Part shown: positions 13,055 through 24,410 of the stretch, one piece after another
How the letters are laid out: every line of letters begins with the position of its first letter
Numbering within the stretch: position 1 is the first letter of the stretch
Made by a program: the position numbers and the translations under genes
NCBI GenBank assembly: GCA_963823555.1
Contig: CAWGMA010000003.1
Location: 352,001-416,000 of the forward strand
Length of the DNA: 64,000 nucleotides
Origin: Candidatus Eiseniibacteriota bacterium
GTDB taxonomy: Bacteria; Eisenbacteria; RBG-16-71-46; CAVPCR01
Direction of reading: 5' to 3'
Notes under the pieces: model-generated
Seen by the model: only the letters and a program-made list of their open reading frames with translations
Databases searched by the model: none
What the model was told of the DNA's origin: nothing

Positions 13055-14760
13055 TGCGATCCGGTTTGAGATTTCGCATGATGAGCGGCCACGTTCTCTT
13101 GCTCGTCATGATCCTGGCCACGTGCCTCTATGGCCTCTGGGTGAACCACTCCCTGGCACGCGAGAGCAAGCGGGTGGGACGCGGCGCGGTCACCGTGGCC
13201 AAGCTCATCGATCGCACCGCCATGCGCCTCGAGGATCTCCGGCATCTCGTGATCGAGACGGCCGCGAGCGAGCACCCGGGGCCGCCCTCGGATGTCGCCG
13301 GCGCCGACGGGGCGGCAGCGAATCCGAGCGACGGTCCGAGGACTGCCCTCCGTAGCGAAGCGGCCCTGATCGCGGTGGAGATCTCCCAGCTCATGACCCG
13401 CGGCCGCAACCTGATCGACGACCTGCTCAGTGAGGGGACGGCGAGCGATTATCTGCAGGCGAGCGCTGCCGAACTCGATGCGCTGGCCCGCAGCCACGAT
13501 CGCGTCCAGTCCGCGGTCAATTCCCTGCGCTCGAGCCCGGCGAACGTGGAACCGGGAGCGGTGGTGAGTCTCATCGATGATGAGCGCCAGCGCATGGATG
13601 CGCTCTCCGACCAGATCGTCCATCTCTGGCAGGGCCAGGTCGAGGTGCGCGAGCGCAAGGTGGTGGAGGATTTCTCCCTGGTCGCCATCGTCACCATCCT
13701 GGCCGGCGTGCTCGCCTGCCTGGCCGGCTATCGCAGTGCCGGGAGCTATGAAGCGCGGTTCCACCGTCACGCGCAGGATCTGGAGACGACCGTGGATCGG
13801 TTGACCACGAGTGCCACGTATCTGAGCCACTCCAGCACCGAGCTGGCCGTGCGGAACGAGATGCAGGCCTCGCAGCTGGAGACGGCAGCCGTCTCCCTGG
13901 CTGCGGTCACCGACCGCACCATGCACGCGGAGGCAGCGGGCGAGGCCTCCAGCCGGGTCCTGGAGGCACGCCAGCAAGCTGAACGCGTCTCGGCCGACAT
14001 CGATGAGATGGGTGTCGCCATGGAGGAGATCGCCGAGGCCAGCGATGCCATCCTCGAGATGATGCATCTGATCGATGACATTGCCCGTGAGACCAACATC
14101 CTCGCCCTCAACGCCGCCGTCGAGGCGGCCCGGGCCGGGGAATCGGGCCGCGGCTTTGCTGTGGTCGCCGAGCGGGTCCGCGCCCTGGCGGAGCGTTCAT
14201 CCGAAGCCGGCCAGCTCACCGAGCGCCGCATTCAGGAAACCCGGACGCGCGTCCAGCGCGGACGAGCCGTGGTGGCGCGGACGAGCCTCGCCGTGTCGGA
14301 GATCGAGGGTTCGGTGGACAGCATCCAGCAGCAGCTCGAGAGCATCGTGAATCTGTCGCAGGAACAGGAGCAGGTGATCGCCAAGGTGTCGCGGGCGCTC
14401 AACGAGCTGGATGGCGACATGCGGGCCATGGATGCCGCCGAGAGCTCGGCAGCGACGGCGGTGGCGCTCCGCCGTGATGCGGAGAATCTGCTCCGCGTCC
14501 GCGGCGAGCTGGCGGCCATGACCGCACGGAGACGAGAGGCGAGCGGGAGTCCTATCTTCGGGGCCGAGGCTCCGATGATCACCGGAACGACGAGCGTCTC
14601 GGCGACCACGCCGAAGGGCGGGCGCCGGGCGAAGCCCCCCCTGCCGGAGAGCGCCGCCGAGGCCGAGGCGCTGGCGGCGCGGCTCAGCGCGCTGGCCATC
14701 ACCGGGCTCGATCGCGCGCCAGGGGCCGCAGGCGAAGCAGCAGGCGACAAGGCCGCCTAG
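13054..14760 (+). CDS. Methyl-accepting chemotaxis protein
   Basis: Two TM segments; [30 protein letters not shown] hairpin-tip signature. Confidence 0.93.
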   Translation: MRSGLRFRMMSGHVLLLVMILATCLYGLWVNHSLARESKRVGRGAVTVAKLIDRTAMRLEDLRHLVIETAASEHPGPPSDVAGADGAAANPSDGPRTALRSEAALIAVEISQLMTRGRNLIDDLLSEGTASDYLQASAAELDALARSHDRVQSAVNSLRSSPANVEPGAVVSLIDDERQRMDALSDQIVHLWQGQVEVRERKVVEDFSLVAIVTILAGVLACLAGYRSAGSYEARFHRHAQDLETTVDRLTTSATYLSHSSTELAVRNEMQASQLETAAVSLAAVTDRTMHAEAAGEASSRVLEARQQAERVSADIDEMGVAMEEIAEASDAILEMMHLIDDIARETNILALNAAVEAARAGESGRGFAVVAERVRALAERSSEAGQLTERRIQETRTRVQRGRAVVARTSLAVSEIEGSVDSIQQQLESIVNLSQEQEQVIAKVSRALNELDGDMRAMDAAESSAATAVALRRDAENLLRVRGELAAMTARRREASGSPIFGAEAPMITGTTSVSATTPKGGRRAKPPLPESAAEAEALAARLSALAITGLDRAPGAAGEAAGDKAA

Positions 14761-14988
14761 ATTCCACATTCTCAACTCATTGTACCGTTGATTCTTAGCT
14801 TCTCGCGTGCTATGCTCTCCGAGTTAGTCGAGAAGCGAGAGGATTGGCGACGATTCGTCCCTGAGGCGCCCCGCACACCCCCGGGGGCGCCCCCTCTTGG
14901 GAAGCTCACCGGCTTGCTGATCCTCAAGTCCCCCAGACCTTCCGATCCATCGCGCAGGTGTCGACTTGAACCTCTTCTCGGACGATCC

Positions 14989-16776
14989 ATGATCCGTGCG
15001 ACCACTGCGTCACTCATTGTCATGGCGGTCGTCACCGCGACCGTCGTCGGCGCCGTCGCTCCCGCCATGGCCTTCTTCGCCGCCGATTTCGAGCAACGCT
15101 GGTTCGCTCTGCCCGACGGCCTGATCACGGATCACACCGTCATCCGCGACCCAAGCGGTGCCTTCCATCTCTTCTACACGGTGGGCATTGCCGGCCAGGG
15201 CTGGCCGCATCCCGGGAACATGATCGACTTCGGCCACGCGACGTCGACCGACCTCATCCACTGGACGGATGCGCCGCGTGTCCTGCACACGGCGGAGAGC
15301 GGGTGGAAGAGCCGGAACCTGTGGGCGCCTCATGTCATCGCCTCGCCCACGGGGGGCTACTTCCTCTATTACACGGGGGTGGATTCTTCGCTCACGCAAG
15401 CGGTCGGAGCAGCCTTCTCGCTGGATCTCTACAACTGGATCGACTACTCGGTCGATGCTCCCGCCTATCATCCCGATCCAGCCTGGTCAGCCTGGCGGCC
15501 GGGCATCTGGTCCGATGGTCGCGATCCCTTCGGCTTCCGTCTCGGCAACGGCACGGCGCTCCTCGCCACGGCGCTCGCCAGCGACCTCTACACCGGCGTC
15601 GGCGTTCGCGGGGCGATCGCGCTCGCCTATTCGAGCGATGGCGTCAACTTCGTCGATGTCGGGGCCCCGCTCTTCATCAACAACACGAATCGCACGCTCG
15701 AATCGACGAGCCTCTTCCGCCGTCCGGATCGCTACTTCCTCTTCTTCCACGAGTCGGGAGTTCCAGGCGTCCACTACATGCACTCTCCAGCGCTCATGAG
15801 CGGCTGGGACAAGACCCAGGCGCAGGTGCTCGATCCGCTCGCCTTCGGGCCGACCGAGGTGGTGTCGGCCGGTGACGCCACCTTCATGGGGCGCTGCTAC
15901 GACGCGGATCACTCCGGCACGGTCATCTACGGCGCCAAGTTCGACAGCCTCAGATGGACGAGCGACCGGGTCACGTTCTCCAGCACGAACACCCTGTGGA
16001 GCGGTTGGAGCGCCGAGGGTGACGCCTTCGAGTACCAGCCCGTGTTCGGTGACCGTCCATTCGCTCGCGGCGGCCAGCCCTCCGGCGAGGAGGGCTGGTT
16101 CTGGATTCATACCGCCGAGACCTATACCGGGCCCATCCACAACAACGACCCGGGTGCGCCGCCCGAGTTCGAGCGGACCGGCGTCCTGCGTTCCGCACCC
16201 TTCACCGTGACCGGGGGGCACCTCGCGTTCAAGATCGCGGGTGGCAACGATCCCGACCACCTCTACCTTGCGCTCGTCGACGCCGGGAGCGGGGAGGTCC
16301 TCCGGCGCGCCAGCGGCAACGATTCGAATGAGCTCGTCGAGCGCGCCTTCGATCTCGCCGGGCTCGAGGGTGAGCTCTGCCGGATCGAGATCGTCGACGA
16401 CAGCGCGGCCGGACCGCATGGGTACATCGCCGTCGATTCCATTCGCGAGGGCGAGGGCGAGCCGCCGGTCGGGATCGCCGATGAGGCCGCTCCGGTCATG
16501 GCACCGCTCCTCGGCGCCGTCTATCCGAGCCCGACCACCGGCCCCGCCGCCGTGCCCTTCGCGCTCGCCCGGGAGGGCGAGGTGCGGATCCTCATCTACG
16601 ACGTGAGCGGGCGGCTCCGGAGGCGGCTCGTCGACGGGCGCCTGACGGCGGGGCGCCACCGCGCGCACTGGGACGGCACGGATGCCACCGGACAGCGAGT
16701 TGCGGCTGGGGTCTATTTCCTGCGGATGGAGACGAGCGCGGGAGCTGCGACGCGCCGCATCACCGTGGTTCCCTAG
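14989..16776 (+). CDS. Secreted five-bladed beta-propeller glycoside hydrolase-like (GH32/GH43 clan) protein with C-terminal FlgD-Ig domain
   Basis: Signal peptide; GHATSTDLIHW, LWAPHV, GRDP; C-terminal IYDVSGR..WDGTD..GVYF. Confidence 0.7.
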   Translation: MIRATTASLIVMAVVTATVVGAVAPAMAFFAADFEQRWFALPDGLITDHTVIRDPSGAFHLFYTVGIAGQGWPHPGNMIDFGHATSTDLIHWTDAPRVLHTAESGWKSRNLWAPHVIASPTGGYFLYYTGVDSSLTQAVGAAFSLDLYNWIDYSVDAPAYHPDPAWSAWRPGIWSDGRDPFGFRLGNGTALLATALASDLYTGVGVRGAIALAYSSDGVNFVDVGAPLFINNTNRTLESTSLFRRPDRYFLFFHESGVPGVHYMHSPALMSGWDKTQAQVLDPLAFGPTEVVSAGDATFMGRCYDADHSGTVIYGAKFDSLRWTSDRVTFSSTNTLWSGWSAEGDAFEYQPVFGDRPFARGGQPSGEEGWFWIHTAETYTGPIHNNDPGAPPEFERTGVLRSAPFTVTGGHLAFKIAGGNDPDHLYLALVDAGSGEVLRRASGNDSNELVERAFDLAGLEGELCRIEIVDDSAAGPHGYIAVDSIREGEGEPPVGIADEAAPVMAPLLGAVYPSPTTGPAAVPFALAREGEVRILIYDVSGRLRRRLVDGRLTAGRHRAHWDGTDATGQRVAAGVYFLRMETSAGAATRRITVVP

Positions 16777-17852
16777 CCCCGGCTACGGGCCGCGGTCCGC
16801 GGCGGCGGAAAGACCGGACGCTTCTCCGGTTCCCACGGTCGCCAGCCGACGAACGTCGACTCCCAGGCCATCATCGCCAGCCTCCTGACATCCTCCTCGC
16901 TCAGGTCGAGGAGATCGATGGCGAGAAGATACTCGTCGACGAGCGTCGTGTCCGACACCGTCGTGTTGTCCGTGCACAGGGCACAGCGGATGCCCGCATC
17001 GAGGAACTTGCCCAGGGGATGCTCGGAGAGAGACTGGACCGCTCCGGTCTGGACGTTCGAGCTCAGGCAGACCTCGATCGTGATCTCGTCGCGGGCAATG
17101 CGGCGTGTGAGCTCGTGATCGCGCACCGCCGACACGGCGTGGCCGAGGCGGCGCGGGGCGAGGTGCTCGATCGCCTCCCAGATCCGGTCCGGCCCCTCGT
17201 CCTCCCCGACGTGCACGGTGCCGTGGAGTCCCATCCGGCCCGCCAGACGATAGGCCTCCGCGAACAAGACCGGCGGGAACGGGCGCTCGGCACCGGCGAT
17301 GTCGAATCCGACCACTCCGACATCGTCGTGATAGTCCTCGCGTTCACCGGCCACCTCGCGCAAGAGGATGTTCGCCATGTTGCCGCCATGATTGCGCATC
17401 GCGATCACCACGATCCCGACCCGGAAGTCCGGGTGCTCGGCCCGGAAGCGGATGAGGCCCTTGCGCACCGAGTGCAGCACCTGGCGGGTGGTGAGACCGG
17501 CCCGGCGGTGGATGATCGGGTTCAGCCGGAGCTCGAACAGCCGCACGCCGTCGCGATAGGCGTCCTCAGCGATCTCGTGCGCGATCTGCCGCAGGTTGTC
17601 GTAGAACTGGGTGTACTGGAGCGGAATGTGGAACTTGTCGAGATAGTCGAGGAGCGTGCGATCCCGCTCCGGGTCCCAGGCCAGGAAACGCTTGAAGCCC
17701 TCGAACGCCATCCCGGGGATGGCGCGGTAGTACTTCTCGGAGAGTCGCCACAAGGTGATGGGACGGATCGATCCGTCGAAGTGCCGGTGGAGCTCGGCGA
17801 GCGGCAGGGTTCCGAGGAACGCGATCTGGTCCTCACGACTCCAGTTCTTCAT
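16773..17852 (-). CDS. add: Adenosine deaminase family protein
   Basis: ELHRHFDGS, GFDIAGAE, TVHVGE, RLGHAV, EVCLSSN, LCTDN. Confidence 0.88.
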   Translation of the reverse strand: MKNWSREDQIAFLGTLPLAELHRHFDGSIRPITLWRLSEKYYRAIPGMAFEGFKRFLAWDPERDRTLLDYLDKFHIPLQYTQFYDNLRQIAHEIAEDAYRDGVRLFELRLNPIIHRRAGLTTRQVLHSVRKGLIRFRAEHPDFRVGIVVIAMRNHGGNMANILLREVAGEREDYHDDVGVVGFDIAGAERPFPPVLFAEAYRLAGRMGLHGTVHVGEDEGPDRIWEAIEHLAPRRLGHAVSAVRDHELTRRIARDEITIEVCLSSNVQTGAVQSLSEHPLGKFLDAGIRCALCTDNTTVSDTTLVDEYLLAIDLLDLSEEDVRRLAMMAWESTFVGWRPWEPEKRPVFPPPRTAARSRG

Positions 17853-17961
17853 GAAGCGATATTGGAGACGGGCTCGCACGAAGTCAACGGCCGAGGTCGA
17901 AGCCGGACAGGACGGGGTCCACGCTCGCGACTGAGCTCGGTCGCGCCGAGCCGAGCCGGAG

Positions 17962-20553
17962 TCAACGCAGGAGCACGGCCTCGCGGGTGAGGGCGCGGCC
18001 CTGGGACTCGAGTCGCACGAGATAGATGCCGGAGGGCATGCTGCGCGCGGCATCACTGCGGCCGTCCCAGCGGAACTCGTGCTCGCCGGACATGAGGACG
18101 CCGTCCAGCAGGGAGCGGACGTGACGACCGTGGACGTCGAACACGTCGAGGCGAGCGCGACCCGCTGCCGGGAGCTGGAAGCGAATGCGCGTGGATGGAT
18201 TGAAGGGGTTTGGAACCGGCGGGTCGAGCGCGAGGGTGGTCGCCGGGGGCGTGGGCCCGTTCTCAACCGACGCTGCTCCCGGCAGGAGCGTGAAGTCGAT
18301 ATTGAGGACGCGCTGGCCCGCGAAGACGTGGATCGGATCGGCCGCCGCCGGGTTCCTCCGCTCGCGGTACACCTCGCCGAAGAAGCCCTCGATCCCCGGG
18401 GTGAGCGCTCCGTACTGCCCGGTGGGGAGCGGTACCGTCTCGAACACGCCGTTCTCGTTGGTCACCGTGGGTCGCCACAGCTCGCCGCCGAGCGGAAAGG
18501 GATGGACCGGCACGGCGGCCAGAGGCATTCCGTTCGACTCGTCGACGACGCGGCCGCGCATGGCGCCGCCCGTCGCCAGCGAGAAGTCGATACCGGAAAC
18601 CTGGTCGGCGCCGTTGACGACGATGCGGTCGGCCCGCGTCAGGTTCTCCGGCAGGTGGCTCGGCAGAACAGGATAGTACTGCCCCATGTACAGGGTCCCG
18701 GAGGGCAGTGCTTCGATGACATAGGCGCCGGCGCCGAGAGCGGTGAGCGCATACGCTCCATCGACCTCCGTGGCCGCGCTCGCCGCCACCGCTCCCGTCG
18801 CGGGAACGATCGCCTGCACGGTGATTCCGGCGAGTGCGCCCCCTGGGCCGCTGAGGCGACCTGAGATCCGGCTCTCGGTCAGCGTGCAGCCCTGGCCCAG
18901 GGCTCCGATCGCGCCGCAAGTCGGGAGCGCGAGGCAGGGCGAGTCGGCGCGGAGGGAGAGATCGCCGGAATCGGGATCGCAGTACAGGGGGTCGAGGGAG
19001 ATGTTCTCTCCGGCGTTGCGCCCGCAGATCGCATCACCGCCCGCATTGGCCCAGATGTCGCTGCAAGACACGGTCACCTCGGCTCCCGCCTGGCAGACGA
19101 AGGCCGGTCCGAGACGGGTGGCGGTGATGAGGCAGCGGTCGACCACCGTGTCGGAAGGGCCTCCGGCGAGGACCCGGGAGCGGATGCCGAAGCCGCCGTT
19201 GCCGTGAATGGTGGAGAGTGTCACCTCGTGCATGCCGGCGACCTCGACTCCACCCCCGTCGCTCGTGAGGATGCTGTTGTTCGCGATCACGCACTGGGTG
19301 ATCCGCGCTCCCAGTGGGGCATCGATCTCGATTCCGGTGCCGCCGCAGTCCGTGATGCGGCAGGCGATGATCTCGGCGGCCGACTCGAGCTTGAGTCCGG
19401 GACCGCTCCCGTGGATCGCGAAACCCTCGATGCGGGGGTGACCCGAGGCGACGCGCAGCACGGGCGCATTGCTCTCGATCTGCACGAGCTCGGTCGCCTG
19501 GGCGCCATCCACGGCGAGGAGGACGGCATCGGAGCCGGAAAGCGTGAACGGTCCCTCGTAGCTTCCGGCCGTGACCTGGATCGTGTCGACCGCGCAGCGC
19601 GCGGCCAGCGCCAGCGCGGCGGGTAGCGTCATGTCATCCGGAACACGCACGGTCGCCGGAAGGTCGACCACGGCCATCGTCGTATCGGTGGCGGAACTCT
19701 GGGGGTCGCTCACGGTGAGAACCACCGGATAGGCACCCGCCGCGGCGTAAGCATGGATCGGCGTGGCCCCGGTGGCCGTCGCCCCGTCGCCGAAATCCCA
19801 GTGATAGGCCAGCGTATCGCCGTCGGGATCGGAGGATCCGCGGCCATCGAAGGCGATGCCCGTGCCGGTCCTCCCGCAGTAGGGGCCGCCCGCTGCGGCG
19901 CTGGGCGGTGAGTTGACCTCGAGCTCGAGACGAACGCCGTAGCACTGTCCGTATCCGAAGTCGTCGAGGTCGAACCAGTCGCCGTGATCGCCGGTCAAGT
20001 TGGCGAGGGCCCGGCCGGGCTGACTCGGGCCCGGGACCCGACCGATGTACCAGGTGGGAGGAATCGCGGCCGATTCGTAGACCGCTCCGAGCCAGACCGT
20101 TTCGCCGAGCCCGAGCCCGAGCGGCGGGTCGACTTGATACTCGCTGTACACGCTGTCGCCCGCGATCGGGGCATGGAGGAGCTTCAATCGCTCATTGCCG
20201 CAGGTATCGTCCGGCGAGCCATTGGCGTCGCGCCAGAGGTAGACGTTCAAGGTGGCGACCGTCGGTTCGATGAAGAACATGCGGATGCGCGTGATGTCCC
20301 CCGCCGCCTGCGAGTTGACGAAGGGGAAGGCGAAGCCGACCAGATTGCCAGGTTGGCCGGGACCGCCGGGCCGGCAGTCGCCGCCGTCCCAATCGAGCTG
20401 TACCGAGAGCTTGGCGGTGGGGATATCCGGGGCACACAGGAGCTCGACCGTCGATGCGGCGACGGCCGGGGCCAGGCCGAAGAGCGCGACAAGGACCGCG
20501 CCGACGGCCAGGGAGGTTCGCGAGCGGGAGCGGTCCGAGCAGGGCAGGGGCAC
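17962..20553 (-). CDS. Large secreted multidomain protein (PKD, right-handed beta-helix, carboxypeptidase-regulatory-like repeats, FlgD-Ig)
   Basis: AGGAG RBS before GTG at 20553; signal peptide; FDGRGSSDPDG..YHWDFGDG; PNPFNP...WDGR..SGIYLVRL. Confidence 0.8.
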   Translation of the reverse strand: MPLPCSDRSRSRTSLAVGAVLVALFGLAPAVAASTVELLCAPDIPTAKLSVQLDWDGGDCRPGGPGQPGNLVGFAFPFVNSQAAGDITRIRMFFIEPTVATLNVYLWRDANGSPDDTCGNERLKLLHAPIAGDSVYSEYQVDPPLGLGLGETVWLGAVYESAAIPPTWYIGRVPGPSQPGRALANLTGDHGDWFDLDDFGYGQCYGVRLELEVNSPPSAAAGGPYCGRTGTGIAFDGRGSSDPDGDTLAYHWDFGDGATATGATPIHAYAAAGAYPVVLTVSDPQSSATDTTMAVVDLPATVRVPDDMTLPAALALAARCAVDTIQVTAGSYEGPFTLSGSDAVLLAVDGAQATELVQIESNAPVLRVASGHPRIEGFAIHGSGPGLKLESAAEIIACRITDCGGTGIEIDAPLGARITQCVIANNSILTSDGGGVEVAGMHEVTLSTIHGNGGFGIRSRVLAGGPSDTVVDRCLITATRLGPAFVCQAGAEVTVSCSDIWANAGGDAICGRNAGENISLDPLYCDPDSGDLSLRADSPCLALPTCGAIGALGQGCTLTESRISGRLSGPGGALAGITVQAIVPATGAVAASAATEVDGAYALTALGAGAYVIEALPSGTLYMGQYYPVLPSHLPENLTRADRIVVNGADQVSGIDFSLATGGAMRGRVVDESNGMPLAAVPVHPFPLGGELWRPTVTNENGVFETVPLPTGQYGALTPGIEGFFGEVYRERRNPAAADPIHVFAGQRVLNIDFTLLPGAASVENGPTPPATTLALDPPVPNPFNPSTRIRFQLPAAGRARLDVFDVHGRHVRSLLDGVLMSGEHEFRWDGRSDAARSMPSGIYLVRLESQGRALTREAVLLR

Positions 20554-20971
20554 CGTAACTCCTGGAAGACTGGGACGATGATTCGGGGATGGCCCGGGGG
20601 TTCGGTGCGGCCCGGAAAACGACGCTGATTCTACCACGGCCCGGCCGTGCCACTGCCGCTCCAGCCGGGAGAGGGTCCGGGCGCGGCAGGTCCTCCTGGG
20701 GGGGCACCGGTGGCCGTGTGGGTCCACCGCCGCCCGCGGGCGTGCGCACCAGGGGACAGCCGCTCGGGACGGCGCCTCCGCCGAAATGTCCCGCTCCGGC
20801 TCCATGTCATGAAATGATAGCTAGTTGTGGCTGAGCGCGAGCCCTGGTGCCGACTGGAACGGGCGTTGCAATGACCGGCAGCGACCGGTCGTGACGAGAG
20901 CCATCGCCGGTTGCCCATCGCCCAGATTCCGTTGCTGCGGGGACTTCAACCGCCCCAGGGAGGATTCTTCG

Positions 20972-21883
20972 ATGCGTTCCATGCGGGTTCCTTTCATCCT
21001 CGGCCTCATGACGCTCGCGCTGGCCGGGTGCGGCCAGGACGACACCACCAGTCCCGATGCCACCACTGACGACTCGTTCGATCAAGGTGCCCTGAGTCAG
21101 CTCATGACCGAGGAGAGCGACTACTTCGACGGCGGCGAGGTGCTCTCGGCTGATCGAGTCATGATCGAGAACACCCAGGGGAAGCGGACGCCGGAGGGCG
21201 CTCCGATCGAGTCCTTCTATTTCGTTCGCGAGATCAACGGCCGCGATGTGCGCCGCGAGATCACGATCGACCATCCGCACGGCGAGCCGGCGGTGGCCCG
21301 TGTTTCGACTCGGGTGGCGCTCCGCGGGATGTTCCATCTGTTCTATGAAGACCCCGATAACATCTACCTTCCGGGAGTGATCGACAAGCCGCTCAGGGCC
21401 ATGGCTCGCCATCGCGCCGTCTTCATGCAGCGTGAGCAAGCGATGCATCAGCATCGTGGCTGGCGGCTCACGGGCATCTCGGCGACCGAGATCCTCTCCG
21501 AACCCACGACCAAGGACATCGTGAGCCTCGAGGTCATCTCGAACTCGGTGAACCTGACCATCACCGACCCGCTCGAGCTCGTGCGCATGAGCGGGCTCAT
21601 GACCTTCCAGCCGGGGGAAGAGGTGACACTCCGCGTCACGACGACCGATCCCACCGATTTCGTCTTCCTGCACACGGGGTCGCTCAAGGACGAATTCCGC
21701 CCCCTCGGGAATGGCGTCTTCGAGGGCACGTGGCGGGTTCGCGAGCGGGTCGGTCGGCGGCACTTCGGAGTGGATGTGATCGATCGCGATACCCTCTTCG
21801 ATGATGCGGCCCCCTATGACTCGGCGATCTGGGTCCTGCACTACCGCGTGCGGGGCGAGTCCCCGGAGCCCTTCGAGGGATAG
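20972..21883 (+). CDS. Hypothetical lipoprotein
   Basis: GGGAGG RBS; signal peptide with LAGC lipobox. Confidence 0.75.
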   Translation: MRSMRVPFILGLMTLALAGCGQDDTTSPDATTDDSFDQGALSQLMTEESDYFDGGEVLSADRVMIENTQGKRTPEGAPIESFYFVREINGRDVRREITIDHPHGEPAVARVSTRVALRGMFHLFYEDPDNIYLPGVIDKPLRAMARHRAVFMQREQAMHQHRGWRLTGISATEILSEPTTKDIVSLEVISNSVNLTITDPLELVRMSGLMTFQPGEEVTLRVTTTDPTDFVFLHTGSLKDEFRPLGNGVFEGTWRVRERVGRRHFGVDVIDRDTLFDDAAPYDSAIWVLHYRVRGESPEPFEG

Positions 21884-22214
21884 CCGGTCGCCGGAGCGCG
21901 CGGGAGCCCCGCCAGTCGAGCCGGTGGCGGGCGCTACGGCCCGGGCCCATGGGCGGTGACCCGGTCCGACCAGCGCCCCAACCTGAAGGCCTGGAGCCTG
22001 ACAAGGCTCCGGGCCTTCGGCCTTTCCCGGGCCGCCGAGGGCGCTTGGGCGAAACGCGGCGCACTCGATCCACGTCCATTCAAGTGATCTTCCCGGCGCG
22101 GGGCGGAACGCGAAGATCCGGCTCCCCGCCGGCGATGCGGCCCAGTGGCCCTAAAGCGGCCACGGGCATGGATCGAGGCCACGATCACGCCCTCCGGCGT
22201 TCCAGAGGTACCCC

Positions 22215-23423
22215 ATGCTTGGACATGAAACCGAGGATCTCAAGGCCCCGAGGCGACGGACAGACCCCGGGCTGGTCTGTCTCCTGGTCTCGGGTTTCTT
22301 TCTCTTCTTCCTGGCCGCAGCGGTCGCCCAGGCCGACGAGGAACGGACGAGCGAGGTCAAGCGCACGTTCGACCTGAAGGGCAAGATCGAGGTGCGCAAT
22401 CTGGCCGGCAAGGTCACGGTCGGGCGTGCCCCGGGCGCCTCGAGCCTCATCACCGCGACCGTTCATGCCGTCGGGGCCAGCGAGGCCGAAGCAAAGGAGC
22501 TGCTCGCCGCCCTCGACGTGCAGTTCGACGAAGCGGATGGTGGGGTCGAGGTTCGCGCTCGTTACCCGCTCGATCGCCATACGGAGTACGCCTACCTGGG
22601 CGGGACGGGATCCGGCAAGTCCACGACACGCACCACCTACGAAGGCAAGCGGGTCACGGTCACCACATCCAAGGCCAGCGACGCCGCCGCGCTCTGGGTC
22701 GATTTCGATGTCCTCCTGGCTCCGGGATCGGGGTTCAAGCTCGAGGAGGTGGTGGGTGAGGTCGCGGTCTCGGATGTCGAGGGGTCCGTGTCGGTCGAGG
22801 TCGGGATGGGCGATCTCTTCCTATCGAGCGTCAAGGGGAGCCTGGAAGCGGAGACCGGTTCGGGTGATGTCAGCGTGAAGAACCACCGCGGCGATATCCA
22901 GATCGGAACGGGATCGGGCGACCTGACCATCGACGGCACCGAAGGCGAGGTGGTCGCCGAGACCGGTTCCGGAGACGTCGTGGTCGCTCAGGCTTCGGGG
23001 AAGGTCAAGGCCAGCACGGGATCGGGTGATGTCGAGGTCCGCGACTCGAAAGCGGCGCTTCACATCGAGACCGGGAGCGGCGACGCCCTCCTGAAGAACG
23101 TGAGTGGGGGCGATGTCCGTGTCGGCACCGGATCCGGTTCCATCAAGGTCGAGAGCCCGGCGCTGTTCAAGTCTCCCACCCTGGCCCGCGCTCGTCTGGA
23201 GACCGGTTCCGGTGATATCTACGTCACCATCGATGATCAAGCCTCGATGCGGCTCGACTTCGAGAGCGGGAGCGGAACGCTCAAGGCCTCGAACGCCCTC
23301 AATGGGAAGGTGGAGCGCACGGGAGCGCACGGCCACTACCGCTGCAGGATCGGGGCGGGAGAGAGCGAGGTGGAAGCCGGCACCGGGTCCGGCGATCTCA
23401 TGCTCCGACTGGCCAGCGAGTAG
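22215..23423 (+). CDS. DUF4097-like (putative adhesin) beta-repeat protein
   Basis: Signal/TM segment followed by many TGSGD repeats. Confidence 0.8.
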   Translation: MLGHETEDLKAPRRRTDPGLVCLLVSGFFLFFLAAAVAQADEERTSEVKRTFDLKGKIEVRNLAGKVTVGRAPGASSLITATVHAVGASEAEAKELLAALDVQFDEADGGVEVRARYPLDRHTEYAYLGGTGSGKSTTRTTYEGKRVTVTTSKASDAAALWVDFDVLLAPGSGFKLEEVVGEVAVSDVEGSVSVEVGMGDLFLSSVKGSLEAETGSGDVSVKNHRGDIQIGTGSGDLTIDGTEGEVVAETGSGDVVVAQASGKVKASTGSGDVEVRDSKAALHIETGSGDALLKNVSGGDVRVGTGSGSIKVESPALFKSPTLARARLETGSGDIYVTIDDQASMRLDFESGSGTLKASNALNGKVERTGAHGHYRCRIGAGESEVEAGTGSGDLMLRLASE

Positions 23424-23564
23424 CTGCGAGCAACCTGGAGTCGCTGGGCGCCCAGCGACCAGCGCGGTCGCCTCGGAGCCGCATGGCGCCCCGGAGTAAT
23501 GCGGCCGTTCGGGGAATCGTCTAGACTTGTGCTCGGCGCTAGACTTCCGGAGTCCCGAGCATTC

Positions 23565-24410
23565 ATGACCACGCTGTCCCCATTTACCATCCTCTCTCGC
23601 GACGAGACGGATGAGGTTCTCGACTACCTCCTCCGCGATCCGATCGAGACGGTGTTCCTGCGCGGCCTGATCCTGCGTGTGGGGCTGGCCATCGGCCGCC
23701 GTTTCGGCTGCTTCGTGGCCCATCGCCAACCGGACGGTGAGTTGGGCGGCGTGATGCTGATGAGCACGCTGGTCGTGCCCTACGCCACCGACCCGGCGGC
23801 CCCGATCGCGTTCGGCGACGCCCTTCGTTCCTCGCCCTACGTGATGCGCAACATCGTCGGGGCGAGCGCCACGGTCGAGGAGCTCTGGTCGGCGATGCGC
23901 CCGTGGCGTCCCCGGCCCCGTCTCCTGCGCCGTTCGCAGCCGGTCTATGTCGTCGATCGCTCGTCGCTCTTCTACCTCCCGGCCCCCAGGCTCAGACGCG
24001 CCTCGCTCGGCGACCTCGACCTCCTGGTGCGGGCGGGGGCGACCATGATGATCGAGGAAGTGGAGGAGGATCCGCTCCGCCGCCGCCCCGAGCAGTACCG
24101 GGGCCACGTCCGGGATCGCATCCTGCGCGGGGATGAGTTCCTGTGGGCGGACGAGGAGGGGCTCTGTTTCAAGTGCAATGTCAGTTCGCGTACTCCGGAG
24201 GCGGCTCAGATCGAAGGGGTCTTCACTCCTCCTGAAAGACGGGGGCTGGGATTCGCGACGCGCGGACTGAGCGAGGTCTGCAATCGCCTCCTCGGCGAGA
24301 TCCCGCAGCTCACGCTCTACGTCAACGACTTCAACACGCCGGCCATCGGCCTTTACGAGAAGCTCGGCTTTCGCCGCAGCGGCGAGTTCCAGTCGATCTT
24401 CTTCGACTGA
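23565..24410 (+). CDS. GNAT acetyltransferase (DUF4081-associated type)
   Basis: QIEGVFTPPERRGLGFA; LYVNDFNTPAIGLYEKLGF. Confidence 0.85.
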   Translation: MTTLSPFTILSRDETDEVLDYLLRDPIETVFLRGLILRVGLAIGRRFGCFVAHRQPDGELGGVMLMSTLVVPYATDPAAPIAFGDALRSSPYVMRNIVGASATVEELWSAMRPWRPRPRLLRRSQPVYVVDRSSLFYLPAPRLRRASLGDLDLLVRAGATMMIEEVEEDPLRRRPEQYRGHVRDRILRGDEFLWADEEGLCFKCNVSSRTPEAAQIEGVFTPPERRGLGFATRGLSEVCNRLLGEIPQLTLYVNDFNTPAIGLYEKLGFRRSGEFQSIFFD

